This document shows, piece after piece, positions 9,804 through 20,125 of a stretch of 64,000 bases of DNA. Origin of the DNA: Spirochaetaceae bacterium (lineage in GTDB: Bacteria > Spirochaetota > Spirochaetia > DSM-2461). The notes below the pieces were generated by a model. That model made no database searches and was not told the origin of the DNA. It saw nothing but the letters and a program-made list of their open reading frames with translations. The first letter of the stretch is position 1, and every line of letters begins with the position of its first letter. The position numbers and the translations under genes are program-made. Location: NCBI GenBank assembly GCA_965224705.1, contig OZ245056.1, positions 448,001 through 512,000 of the forward strand. The letters run 5' to 3'.

Positions 9804-12709
9804 GAATTAAATTGATCTGGATTACCATCATCGCTGCTGCTTCGGCCGGATTAGTTGATGTGGAATTCGGAAAAACTCAATCCGCCGCCCGGACATTCGT
9901 CATAGTCACCAGATATCATGGAATTAATGCATCCGAAATTGAACGGATTATAACCAATAAACTTGAGAATACGATTGCAGAGCTGCCCGGTATCAAAAGC
10001 ATGCACAGTTCCAGTGAGTTCTCCCAGTCCCGTGTGAGTATCACTCTGGACAGCCATGCTTCTCCCGATGACTTTTACCTCCTCCTCCGGGATCGTGTAG
10101 ACCGAGTCGGTGCTCAATGGCCTGATTCGGTTCAACGGCCTCAGATCCATTCATTCTCGGGAAGGGATCAACCAATCTTCATCGCTGCCTTCTCCACCTC
10201 TCAAGACAGGCTTCCCATGCTTGGAAACACGGTTGAAAAAGATATAAAACTTCGCATAGCCCGTGTGGATGGGGTTGGTGAGGTGAATACAGGCGGCGGC
10301 GGAATCCAGGAGATACATGTTGAACTCGAACCCGACAAATCTTCCCATGTAGGACTCACCCCCGGCAGTGTTGGAAAGGTATTGCAAGATCAGCACATCA
10401 GACTACCCATCGGTTTTTTGGAAGAAAACAACCGGGAGACAGAACTTTTGATCAATGGTCAATTCAAGGATCTGAAGGCGGTAGAGAATCTGCTGCTTCA
10501 TACCGGGAAAACAGACCGGATACCCCTGAACAGCACAGCCGATGTGCATTATGACTTCAGAAAACCGGAGGACATAAGCCGTCTGGATGGCCGGGAAATG
10601 GTAACTCTGTATGTTCATGCAGCAGGTGATGCCAACATAGTTCAGGTTGCTGGAGATCTGAGAGATGAAATCGCTCGTCTCAAGGCTGAGGGCTATTCCA
10701 TCAACACAGTTTTCGACCTTGGCTCCCGGATGGAGAAGTCTATTGGAAATGTCCTCATTTCAGTTTTTACAGGCATGGCCTCCATCGCTGTTTTTCTTTT
10801 TTTAGCCCTGCCATCTCCCGGAATCATACTGCACCTGACGCTTTCCCTGGCCCTGATTGATATTTTTACAATCAGCCTGCTGTCAGCACTCAGTATTCCA
10901 ATTGATCAGGCCATACTGGCCGGAATGGCCGTAGGGACGGGTATGATGATTGACGGGGGCCTGGTGATAACCGAAGCTATTCAAAGACGCGGCTACAGCT
11001 TCAGAACAACAGCTCCACCCCTTATTGCTTCCACAACTACAACCCTCATCGTTTTCATACCCTTGATACGTTCGGCCAGTTCAAGCCCCGCCATCGTCTC
11101 ACTCTCCCTCGCAATCATTTTTCTCCTGGTGTTTTCCCTTTTTTACTACCTCACTTTTTTACCCCGTTTCCTATCAGTTCCGGAGAAGAATTCAATAACT
11201 GAACATAGAATTATGAAGCCGCCCCGGAAACTCATCGTGTGGTGCACACACCATCCATGGGCTGTACTTGGCACATCATCTGCCATATTCACAGCATCTC
11301 TTGGGTGCAGCTTCATCCTTCCGAGGGATATAGATCAAAATCACGAGCCAGGGACCCTGTTCGCCCAACTTGAAATGGAAAGCGGAGCTGCCCTATCATC
11401 AGTGGATGAACGAAATTCTGCCGTGGTACAGGTATTAACCCGGCAGGGAACGGGTATACTCTCTGTGGAAAGTCGAGCCAGGGTGGGACAGGGTCAACTC
11501 ACCATCCGCTATGATCCAGAAATTACCAGCCCCATGGACATCACTCTTAGACTGGAAGAGGCAGCGGCAGGAGTACCCGGTGTGTTTGCATATATTCCCG
11601 ACGGAGCTGCCATGGAAGGGACACAGGTTAAGTTTTCCCTGTCTGGACCGGATAATGGATTTCTTCGAAAACTGGCCATGGAGATCGCCGACAACTCCCT
11701 GACTCTTCCCTGGGTCAGCAGCTGCGTTCTCCATTTCAAAGAAGATCCTCCATCCTATGTATTCGTTCCGGATACCGAAATACTCCAGCAGAGGCTGCTT
11801 AATACCCGCGACATTGCCAATTTCCTTCAATGGGGCATTCAGGGGCCAGTTGCTTTGAAATGGATCCAGAACGGGCAGGAGAGGGATCTTCGAGTATTTC
11901 TCAGCCGTCAGAACATCGAGAATCTCTCAAATCTTCATGATTTGACCCTGAACACCGGGAGTGGCGAGCGTGTCAAACTGGATCAACTTGGAAAATGGCA
12001 GTTATCAAAAGAGCCTTCCACGATTACCCATGTCAACAGACAGCGGGCGGTAGATTTCTCGCTGATCACGAATAAGTCCAACCTTACAGAGGTGCTGGCA
12101 CTGGCGGAGGATTTCATCATGGAAACACCTCTTCCATCGGGTTATGGGCTTTTTCATGACAGAAGTCTTGAAGAAAAACTCGGCGAGTACAGGTCTCTGG
12201 GGTTCAGTTTGATTCTCTCTCTCATGCTTATTTTTGCGGTTCTGAGCATACAAAGTGAATCCCTGCGGGATCCATTGATTGAGCTTTCCATCCTTCCCAT
12301 CAGTCTGTCCCTTCCCATCATTATCTACACTCTGACCGGGCAGACCCTGAGAAGTTCCACATTGATTGGGCTCATTCTCCTGAGCGGCATGTCGGTGAAC
12401 AACAGCATTCTCATTCTATCCTGTTTCAGAACATCCCCTGATTCTGGTATCAATGCCATTGTTAGAGCTGTCTGCCAGCGCTACAGGAGCCTGATTCTCA
12501 CGACCGGAACCACTCTTCTGGGAACTTTACCCCTCCTGCTGTTCCCCGGAGACGGAAACTATTTCACAAAGGATATGGCCCTGATACTCGCTTTGGGTCT
12601 GGTCGGCTCATTCTCAGCTTCCCTGACCTGCTATCCAGCTCTCCTGACTCTTTTTGAATCAAAATGCAAGTTCATTCCCCAGGATGGGTTGCTTATCCGT
12701 ACCAAGTAA
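9800..12709 (+). CDS. AcrB-family RND permease, subunit 2
   Basis: ATG 9800 overlaps the upstream stop; ITNKLENTIAELPGI, GMMIDGG, GMSVNNSILI, RSLILTT. Confidence 0.88.
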   Translation: MRIKLIWITIIAAASAGLVDVEFGKTQSAARTFVIVTRYHGINASEIERIITNKLENTIAELPGIKSMHSSSEFSQSRVSITLDSHASPDDFYLLLRDRVDRVGAQWPDSVQRPQIHSFSGRDQPIFIAAFSTSQDRLPMLGNTVEKDIKLRIARVDGVGEVNTGGGGIQEIHVELEPDKSSHVGLTPGSVGKVLQDQHIRLPIGFLEENNRETELLINGQFKDLKAVENLLLHTGKTDRIPLNSTADVHYDFRKPEDISRLDGREMVTLYVHAAGDANIVQVAGDLRDEIARLKAEGYSINTVFDLGSRMEKSIGNVLISVFTGMASIAVFLFLALPSPGIILHLTLSLALIDIFTISLLSALSIPIDQAILAGMAVGTGMMIDGGLVITEAIQRRGYSFRTTAPPLIASTTTTLIVFIPLIRSASSSPAIVSLSLAIIFLLVFSLFYYLTFLPRFLSVPEKNSITEHRIMKPPRKLIVWCTHHPWAVLGTSSAIFTASLGCSFILPRDIDQNHEPGTLFAQLEMESGAALSSVDERNSAVVQVLTRQGTGILSVESRARVGQGQLTIRYDPEITSPMDITLRLEEAAAGVPGVFAYIPDGAAMEGTQVKFSLSGPDNGFLRKLAMEIADNSLTLPWVSSCVLHFKEDPPSYVFVPDTEILQQRLLNTRDIANFLQWGIQGPVALKWIQNGQERDLRVFLSRQNIENLSNLHDLTLNTGSGERVKLDQLGKWQLSKEPSTITHVNRQRAVDFSLITNKSNLTEVLALAEDFIMETPLPSGYGLFHDRSLEEKLGEYRSLGFSLILSLMLIFAVLSIQSESLRDPLIELSILPISLSLPIIIYTLTGQTLRSSTLIGLILLSGMSVNNSILILSCFRTSPDSGINAIVRAVCQRYRSLILTTGTTLLGTLPLLLFPGDGNYFTKDMALILALGLVGSFSASLTCYPALLTLFESKCKFIPQDGLLIRTK

Positions 12710-13492
12710 TGAGTTTTCCATCCAGATAACCATTGAATAAAGTCGTTTATAAAAAGCTGAGAATGGATCCATGAGTTTGAAAACAAAATTCTTATTGGCC
12801 AGTTTCACTCCACAGTATCCATACACTAAATAACCTTGATCCGTGGGCAGCAGAACAATGTGGATGGAGAGATTGTTCCTGTCAACGATTTTAATAAATG
12901 CGCGCAGAGTTGTGACATTTCTAACCGAGAAACCAAGATTCTCACCATCGTAAACATACTGAGCCTCATAGTAGCCGGATCCCAGAACCACTTCTTTCAT
13001 GTAAATAAGGATACTGTCGAAAAGTGGAATTTTGTCCACAATGGGATCATCCTGTGGTTTCCTATTCTGAAGACTCTCTACCCGGTACACATCTTCAAAC
13101 AAAGGAACGATGGCTTTTTTTCTGGCCGAAGGATAAACCACTTCGGAAATCCTGCTCACCCGCCTGGTGATGTTGTAGAGATTGAGATCTATGTCTCTAA
13201 CTCCCTGAGGATAGGGTATGAGGTAGAGTCCCTCCACCATCACATCCGGCTGCAGTTTCCGGTTCGACTGCCTGATAACATCGATGGAATGGTGATCTGG
13301 GGCCAGTTTTAATCCAATACCGGATCGATCATAACGAAATGCAATGGAATCGGATTCCAGAGCAGAACGGGCCGTCCCGGGCAGATTGGCCAGCAGGGAA
13401 TCTCTGTCCAGCTGCTTTGCCGTTAGAGGGAAGATCAACCAGAGAGAAAGAAGAACGAAACTGATACGAAACCCAGATACTACACCGTTCAT
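12659..13492 (-). CDS. Secreted hypothetical protein (spirochaete DUF6675-like)
   Basis: 277-aa ORF with signal peptide; family call from recall only. Confidence 0.6.
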   Translation of the reverse strand: MNGVVSGFRISFVLLSLWLIFPLTAKQLDRDSLLANLPGTARSALESDSIAFRYDRSGIGLKLAPDHHSIDVIRQSNRKLQPDVMVEGLYLIPYPQGVRDIDLNLYNITRRVSRISEVVYPSARKKAIVPLFEDVYRVESLQNRKPQDDPIVDKIPLFDSILIYMKEVVLGSGYYEAQYVYDGENLGFSVRNVTTLRAFIKIVDRNNLSIHIVLLPTDQGYLVYGYCGVKLANKNFVFKLMDPFSAFYKRLYSMVIWMENSLLGTDKQPILGNELAF

Positions 13493-13569
13493 TATATGTT
13501 TCTATCCCGACTCATGACATCAATGCAAGCACCTGTTGCACTGAAAGATACAATAAGTTACTCTCACTT

Positions 13570-14166
13570 ATGCAGATAACAGATACCTGTTGCTTACAAA
13601 ACTGTCTTGAACCAGCCTGGACGGACAGTGATTTCTGCCATGCTCATCATCCGGAAAAAGAAGAATACATCAATACTGTCCGAAAAACCATTCTCAAGAG
13701 GAAAACCCTGTCCGGCTGTAATTTCAAGAATATGGATCTGTCCGGTCTGGATCTTACAAACAAAGATTTCTGGCATTGCAGTTTCAGTCAATGCCGCTTC
13801 GACAGGTCGGATTTCAGTGAATCTCAATTCTACATGTGCATGCTGGATGAAATTCAGGCCATGAACTGTCAGTTCACTTCCATCAAGATGCTGAGCACAG
13901 TAGCCGCAGGGAGCAATTTCTCCTACAGTGATTTCACCGGTTCTGATCTGATCAATATCAATTTCAATGGAATACTGGGCGATTCATCCATCTTCAATGA
14001 ATCCGATTTGTACTGCAGCCGTTTCATTGGAGCCAGTTTGAAGAATACTCAGTTCTGCGGCTGCAATCTGGTCAGGGTGGATTTCATTGATTCCAATCTG
14101 GAAAACGCTGTTCTCACCGATTCAAATCCAGAAGATGCCTTCATCATGCCGGGGGATGTAGATTGA
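13570..14166 (+). CDS. Pentapeptide repeat protein
   Basis: A(D/N)LXX-type repeats (MDLSG LDLTN, SDFTG SDLIN, ASLKN); N-terminal C/H-rich finger. Confidence 0.85.
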   Translation: MQITDTCCLQNCLEPAWTDSDFCHAHHPEKEEYINTVRKTILKRKTLSGCNFKNMDLSGLDLTNKDFWHCSFSQCRFDRSDFSESQFYMCMLDEIQAMNCQFTSIKMLSTVAAGSNFSYSDFTGSDLININFNGILGDSSIFNESDLYCSRFIGASLKNTQFCGCNLVRVDFIDSNLENAVLTDSNPEDAFIMPGDVD

Positions 14167-14729
14167 AACTTGTCAGTTATTTTCATGAGGCAGGAATCAG
14201 CAATACCTATATCATCGGGCCTGTTGATGGGGGTTCGGCCATATTAATCGATCCAGGACGATTCAGCGAGCCATTATTCGAACTCATTGAGGAAAATCAT
14301 TTCGATATTAAAGGGGTACTGATAACCCATACACATAGCAGCCATGCCGGCGGACTGCGAACGCTGCTCAAAATTTACAGGGCTGTCATTGTTGCCGGCA
14401 GCACCTCTGTGACCGGTTTTCAATCTCTGCCGGCTGATTACGGCTCAAGGAAAACAATCGACTGTTTTGAATATGAAGTTCTCCCTGCCAGGGGCTATTC
14501 AGAGGATAGCCGGATATACAGGATCAATTCCTACATATTCACGGGAGATATGATATTTGCCGGCAGGATTGGCTGCGTTAAAAATACCAGCGAACTGATA
14601 AACCTCCGCCAGTCATTGAAGGAGAATCTGCTCACTCTGAATGATGATTTCCTGCTGCTTCCCGGTCATGGACCGCCATCAACTATCAGAGCTGAACGGA
14701 AGTATAATCCTGATTTTGGCAGGGATTGA
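14163..14729 (+). CDS. MBL-fold metallo-hydrolase (glyoxalase II-like)
   Basis: THTHSSH, FTGD and LPGHG motifs. Confidence 0.85.
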   Translation: MKLVSYFHEAGISNTYIIGPVDGGSAILIDPGRFSEPLFELIEENHFDIKGVLITHTHSSHAGGLRTLLKIYRAVIVAGSTSVTGFQSLPADYGSRKTIDCFEYEVLPARGYSEDSRIYRINSYIFTGDMIFAGRIGCVKNTSELINLRQSLKENLLTLNDDFLLLPGHGPPSTIRAERKYNPDFGRD

Positions 14730-14800
14730 TTGCCGGAAGAATGGCAGTCCGGGCCTGTCAATCTCCCGTTTGTACTGTCACTCCCGAGAGTTATCATGAT

Positions 14801-15433
14801 CTATTGATTCGCCGGATTCTCCACCCTTTTCATTGGAGCCTCTTCCTCCACTTCAGCGATCAGGGAAGTCATGACTTCTTCATCAATTTCAAGTTCTTCT
14901 GAATGGGACTTGAGCACACCCTCTGCGGCATCCACCGAATTGTAAATCGGCATTCGAGCAAGCTTCCATGTAATTCCATCCGAGGCATTATACTCATCAA
15001 TAATCTCTCCATCCCATTCAGCAACATCCTCTATGTATCCCCGAAGAGAAGCAGAAATCCTGTCTTTCACCTCAGATTCAGCGATGGATGGCTCAATCAC
15101 GACACTGTTTAAGCGAGAGTGTAACTGCCATACGGCATCAGAGACAGCTTTCTGATCCGCTGCATCTGAATCCGTATCACTGCCAATCCCGAAAATCATT
15201 CCCTCCTCCAGAGGAGGATTACGAACCCATTCCGGTAAATCAGGTTCCGGTTCAACAACTTCCTCCTGGACTGGAGGATCAGGAACAACCTCCTCCTGGA
15301 CTGGAGGATCAGGAACAGCCTCCTCCTGGACTGGAGGATCAGGAACAGTCTCCAGTTCGGGAGCTGCTTCTGTTGAAGCACAAGCTGTCAAAAGAACGGT
15401 TACAACAATTATGCATATAGATTTATTCTTCAT
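14801..15433 (-). CDS. LPP20-type lipoprotein with Pro/Glu-rich linker
   Basis: Lipobox LTAC; PEWV..P..IFGIG motif. Confidence 0.7.
   Translation of the reverse strand: MKNKSICIIVVTVLLTACASTEAAPELETVPDPPVQEEAVPDPPVQEEVVPDPPVQEEVVEPEPDLPEWVRNPPLEEGMIFGIGSDTDSDAADQKAVSDAVWQLHSRLNSVVIEPSIAESEVKDRISASLRGYIEDVAEWDGEIIDEYNASDGITWKLARMPIYNSVDAAEGVLKSHSEELEIDEEVMTSLIAEVEEEAPMKRVENPANQ
15261..15350. repeat. 3 x 30-bp coding tandem repeat (VPDPPVQEEx)
   Basis: tcctcctggactggaggatcaggaaca at 15261, 15291 and 15321. Confidence 0.95.
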
Positions 15434-16326
15434 AGTTCCAACACCACCTGAATTTCTACCCGCCGGTTGAGACTGCGCCCTTCCAGAGTTCTGGTATCAC
15501 CCAGTAAGACACTGCCTCCCAGTCCATGAACCCTGTCAATCTCTAAACCAACTCTGCGGAGAATGTCTGCCATCGTTTTGGCACGGGAGAAGGAAATGCG
15601 GTAAAGGATATCATCCTCCCCTTTTATTCCCGTAGGATTAGCATGGCCCGAAACAACCACAGATTCATAATCAAAATCACTGATTTCATCCACCAGGATG
15701 ACACCCAATGCATTCAGGCTCTGCTCCTGACTCTCTGTCAGATTTGTTCTATTGGCCGCAAAATTGAGAATCTGAATCGTCAGTACATTTCTCTTCAGAG
15801 AAACGGATAGGTCGCTTCCATAGTTTCCTGCAACAGCATCATACAACACTCTTTCCAATCGTGCCGCCCGAATCATGGCACCCTCATCAAAATGATTGAT
15901 TACCGTTTTCGGATCAACGGAGTGATTCTCCCGGAATCGTTTTACGGCTGTTTGAGCAATGATCAGAGCAGAACTTTCAGGATATCGAACAAGAGCATAG
16001 TTCAAACCATCGGTTTCATAGCGGTCTTCCACTTCTGCAGTTCTGAGTTTCACATCGTCAAAGAAGGATGCAATCATACCATCAACAACTTTTATTCCCG
16101 CATAGCCAATATTTTCCGACCTGATCAATCCGATCACCTGAGAACTCAACTGCAAACGTATTTCTTCCCTGCCTGAGATTTCAGCATCCTCCTGTGTAAT
16201 CCCTTTACCCCGTCCATAAAAAAAACTATTGGAACGAAGCCTTCTGGATAACCATTCAGGATCTTGAGCACTCAATGAGCTCAGGCTGAAGAGTACAACT
16301 ATTCCTACTGTAATTCTCTTATTCAT
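15430..16326 (-). CDS. OmpA-family peptidoglycan-binding protein with N-terminal LPP20-like domain
   Basis: Signal peptide; VSGHAN..IS..RA..NRRVEI. Confidence 0.85.
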   Translation of the reverse strand: MNKRITVGIVVLFSLSSLSAQDPEWLSRRLRSNSFFYGRGKGITQEDAEISGREEIRLQLSSQVIGLIRSENIGYAGIKVVDGMIASFFDDVKLRTAEVEDRYETDGLNYALVRYPESSALIIAQTAVKRFRENHSVDPKTVINHFDEGAMIRAARLERVLYDAVAGNYGSDLSVSLKRNVLTIQILNFAANRTNLTESQEQSLNALGVILVDEISDFDYESVVVSGHANPTGIKGEDDILYRISFSRAKTMADILRRVGLEIDRVHGLGGSVLLGDTRTLEGRSLNRRVEIQVVLEL

Positions 16327-16361
16327 ATTTCTCCTGTTTCCTGGGAGTCTAACATGGTATT

Positions 16362-18455
16362 TCAGAACTTGTGAACAGTATTGTCAGCTAATTCGAATGA
16401 AATAATGAATTTCAATTCGGTCCGGGACGATGATTCCATATTGTTAATATGAACCTGGAGATTCCTGGAGTCAGAACTCCCTGTACAGGTAAAATTCAAC
16501 AGACTGTTTTCTGCATGGAACATAACAGAATTGCCACCATCGGAAAACTTCATCCATCTTACCCCAATTTGCCTGCGGCTTTCATCAGGGCTGAAATCAC
16601 CTGTATTCATCGAATACACTTCTACAAGGGCACTTTTCTGTTCAGTGGAGCTGATAGTAGATGGACCACTGCCATACCACGACAGATACTGGTACCGCTG
16701 ACGGAGACCGAAACTCACACCGGAACTTTTATTTGAAAAGAGTACTCGGCCATCTGCCAGATATCTCATATTCTGCTGCAAAACCCTGGAAGGACCCTTG
16801 ATTTTACATTGCAACTCCAGATCATCGCCATAATTCTTAACTTTGTACCTGGTCAGTTTCAAATCCTGCCTCATATCTTCACCAGGAACAATGCCCATAG
16901 TCAGCATGTTTTCAACCCCAAAGTCCACCGTTTCCAGCACTCCGTTGACAAGGTTGATGCGCATACCAACTTTTTTCCGAACAAGTAATAAGCTGTTGCC
17001 AGAAATCCTGTGCTGCCAGGGACAGATCTGAGGTTCATCCACTATGTCTTCGGTAGAACTCAGGGGATCAGGAATGATTGTATCTGAATTACTTATTCTG
17101 GGGTAGGCTAAACGTATCAGTGAAGTTTCCGGAACAGGCATCTGCATTCTGGCGATTTCATAACCAGAATTACCCCATACATTTTCTTCCTTCAAACAAA
17201 GAAACAGAGTAATGAAGCCCTCCCCCTTCCCTGGGAAAGCACCAATTTCCCTGAAAAGAGCAATTTTCTGCTCATTGCCCGGGGCAATTGTCGGTTGACG
17301 CACCTGTCCACTGGCGACGATGTTTCCAACACGCTGTAAATTCCAATTAATCTCATAACCTGACAGGTCAATAAAATAATGTCGATTCTTCAGCAGAATT
17401 GAGCCATTTTCAAGATCTAAGGGCTGAGCGGAAATTGGTGAAAATACAGCTTTCAATTCATCTGTTTCAGATGTTCTCCTCAGTGGGTCAGCAAAATTTC
17501 TGAACAGAATACCAGCGATATTGAGCCGCTCATTCACCTGTTCCATCAGATTGCCAACTCCTTTCCTCAAAGTTTCGGCTTCAATCCACAGGAGTACCGG
17601 TGCGGCATTGATTTTCTGCGGCGGATGATCTGAATAAAAAACAATGTCTGATACCAGACCTTCATCATCACCCTGAAAATGAATGAACCGGCTGACATCA
17701 TATTCATTGACCGCCTTTTTCATCTCCAGATAAGAATTTTCATCTCTTTTTTCGCTCTGAATTGACCATACAATGACTGATGGATGATTTCTAAAACTGC
17801 AAATCATTGATTCAAGCCGTTCATATTCGACCTCAACGAAAAGATACATCCCGACCCTGTCCGCCGCTTCAAGGATGTCATCGGTAAGGGAATCATCCGT
17901 ACAATAAATGGTGTCGACATTGAGTTGTTTGAGAGAACACAACGATTGACTGTCCGTGAAATCGAAATTGACCTGATTAACCCCTTTAAGCTTGACAGGT
18001 TGACCATTTAATGTGAGCTTTCCTCCCCGCTCCCCAAAGAGAATATCAAATTGACGGAAACCCCAGGCCATTGATTTCACATCAACAACATTTCCATCCA
18101 TGTCGACTGCTTCAATCCTCAAGCTGTAGAGGAATGGTGACTCGGCACTCCATAGATGTGGTTCAACAATTGTAACCTCGCTGTATGATACGGGGTTTGA
18201 TCTGCCATCAAATGTAATACTCTCGGGAGAGCTTGATGCAATAATATCAGGCTTTCCGGGCTCGGAGAGATACCATCTCACTGTGAGGGAAGTATTCTCA
18301 TCCATGTTTGATCCATCAAGCCTTATATCAACTGAGAGCAGGGCATCCTGATACGCTCCATCCAGTTGACATGCTGCCGCAACATCTGAAATACAACCAG
18401 CAGAAGATTTCTGATCCTCACCGATGATGCTTATATTTTTGTTTTCTTCAACCAT
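16362..18455 (-). CDS. Degenerate GH2 beta-galactosidase-like protein
   Basis: PHLWSAESPFLY, GFR, LNGQPVKLKGVN, RNHPSVIVWS, NRHYFIDLS, WYGSGP; shortened relative to LacZ. Confidence 0.75.
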   Translation of the reverse strand: MVEENKNISIIGEDQKSSAGCISDVAAACQLDGAYQDALLSVDIRLDGSNMDENTSLTVRWYLSEPGKPDIIASSSPESITFDGRSNPVSYSEVTIVEPHLWSAESPFLYSLRIEAVDMDGNVVDVKSMAWGFRQFDILFGERGGKLTLNGQPVKLKGVNQVNFDFTDSQSLCSLKQLNVDTIYCTDDSLTDDILEAADRVGMYLFVEVEYERLESMICSFRNHPSVIVWSIQSEKRDENSYLEMKKAVNEYDVSRFIHFQGDDEGLVSDIVFYSDHPPQKINAAPVLLWIEAETLRKGVGNLMEQVNERLNIAGILFRNFADPLRRTSETDELKAVFSPISAQPLDLENGSILLKNRHYFIDLSGYEINWNLQRVGNIVASGQVRQPTIAPGNEQKIALFREIGAFPGKGEGFITLFLCLKEENVWGNSGYEIARMQMPVPETSLIRLAYPRISNSDTIIPDPLSSTEDIVDEPQICPWQHRISGNSLLLVRKKVGMRINLVNGVLETVDFGVENMLTMGIVPGEDMRQDLKLTRYKVKNYGDDLELQCKIKGPSRVLQQNMRYLADGRVLFSNKSSGVSFGLRQRYQYLSWYGSGPSTISSTEQKSALVEVYSMNTGDFSPDESRRQIGVRWMKFSDGGNSVMFHAENSLLNFTCTGSSDSRNLQVHINNMESSSRTELKFIISFELADNTVHKF

Positions 18456-18526
18456 ACTCTACTTTAGCATGAGCGGACTTGTAGAGGAAACAAGGAAATT
18501 CTAAACTGACAGCAATGGAGGTCATT

Positions 18527-20125
18527 ATGAAGCTGCAGTGGAAAAATCTCGATGAAGCAGAACACTACATCGAACTGATGGGAAAAAAACGGTTACCAAA
18601 CCTTTCAAAAGTCCTGAATGAAGATCGTGTCAGATCCTGGGCAATAACGGCGGGTGGAGGATTGGAATACTTTTATGGGGCCTCCCTGATGACAGAAGAG
18701 AGCATCGGAAGTCTTCAGGCATTGGCCGATGAGCAGCAACTCATTGAAAAGTATTCGATCCTTCTATCGGGAGAAAGAATCAATACCGGTGAGAATCGTC
18801 GTGTTCTGCACCATCTCACAAGGGGAGAACTCAGGGGCAGCATTGTCGATAACGGTCAGAACATCGGTCAGTTTTACCAGGAGCAGAATCTCCGCATAAA
18901 GAAATTCTGTGAAAAAGTTTTCTCCGGGAAAATCACCGGCTCAACCGGTAAAAAATTTGATACGGCTGTCCAGATTGGCATTGGCGGATCAGATCTTGGT
19001 CCCCGTGCACTTCACATTGCCCTCAGCGGGATTTGTTCGTCACGGCTTGAGGCCCGGTTTGTTTCCAATGTGGATCCCGATGATGCAGCTCGAATAATCG
19101 CCCTGATTAACCCGGAAACAACTCTGTTCATCCTTGTTTCGAAAAGCGGCCTCACCCAGGAAACTCTGGCCAACAGAGATATCCTGCTCAAACGGATGCA
19201 GGAACAGGGAATACCCGGTTTCGATGCTTCCCGGCATTTAGTTGCTGTTACCAGCCGTACAAGTCCATTGGCCGAATCGGATTCAGTCCTTGATTCTTTT
19301 TACATCGATGATAATATCGGCGGACGGTATTCCTCCACCAGTGCAGTGGGAGGAGTCATTCTATCTTTGAGTTTCGGATCCGATGTGTTTGAACAGATAC
19401 TTGCCGGTGCTCACGATGCCGATAAGGCAGCCGAAAAGAAGGATATTCGAAAAAATGCGGCCCTCATGGATGCCATGATCGGGATATACTATCGCAATGT
19501 ATTAAATCTTCCTACAGTTGCTGTACTGCCGTACAGTCAGGCCCTTTCACGATTCCCGGCCCACCTCCAGCAGCTGGATATGGAATCCAACGGCAAGAGT
19601 GTCAACCGATACGGTCAGGCAATCTCCTACCCGACTGGACCAATCGTATTCGGAGAACCGGGAACGAATGGCCAGCACTCATTCTACCAGCTTCTTCATC
19701 AGGGCACTGATATTGTGCCGCTGCAATTCATTGGATTCCGGGAGTCTCAATGCGGCGGGGATGTCGTCATGGATGGTTCTACAAGTCAATCCAAGTTGAA
19801 CGCCAATCTTGCGGCCCAGATAATTGCTTTTGCAAAAGGCAGAAAACATAAGAACGCCAACAAGAGTTTCGATGGTATGAGGCCGAGCAGTTTACTGGTT
19901 GCGGACAAACTGACCCCGAAAACCCTGGGGGCACTTCTTGCCCACTATGAAAACAAAGTCATGTTTCAGGGATTCTGCTGGAACATCAATTCCTTCGACC
20001 AGGAAGGTGTTCAGCTTGGTAAGATTCTAGCCAGTTCAGTACTGGATTCTTCGACAGAGGATGAAGCCCTGAAAACCTATGCCCGTATACTGGGACTTCA
20101 GTCACTGTTCATATCAATGGGTTGA
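18527..20125 (+). CDS. pgi: Glucose-6-phosphate isomerase
   Basis: GIGGSDLGP, IGGRYS, QQLDMESNGK, FDQEGVQLGK; SD GGAGGT. Confidence 0.97.
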   Translation: MKLQWKNLDEAEHYIELMGKKRLPNLSKVLNEDRVRSWAITAGGGLEYFYGASLMTEESIGSLQALADEQQLIEKYSILLSGERINTGENRRVLHHLTRGELRGSIVDNGQNIGQFYQEQNLRIKKFCEKVFSGKITGSTGKKFDTAVQIGIGGSDLGPRALHIALSGICSSRLEARFVSNVDPDDAARIIALINPETTLFILVSKSGLTQETLANRDILLKRMQEQGIPGFDASRHLVAVTSRTSPLAESDSVLDSFYIDDNIGGRYSSTSAVGGVILSLSFGSDVFEQILAGAHDADKAAEKKDIRKNAALMDAMIGIYYRNVLNLPTVAVLPYSQALSRFPAHLQQLDMESNGKSVNRYGQAISYPTGPIVFGEPGTNGQHSFYQLLHQGTDIVPLQFIGFRESQCGGDVVMDGSTSQSKLNANLAAQIIAFAKGRKHKNANKSFDGMRPSSLLVADKLTPKTLGALLAHYENKVMFQGFCWNINSFDQEGVQLGKILASSVLDSSTEDEALKTYARILGLQSLFISMG

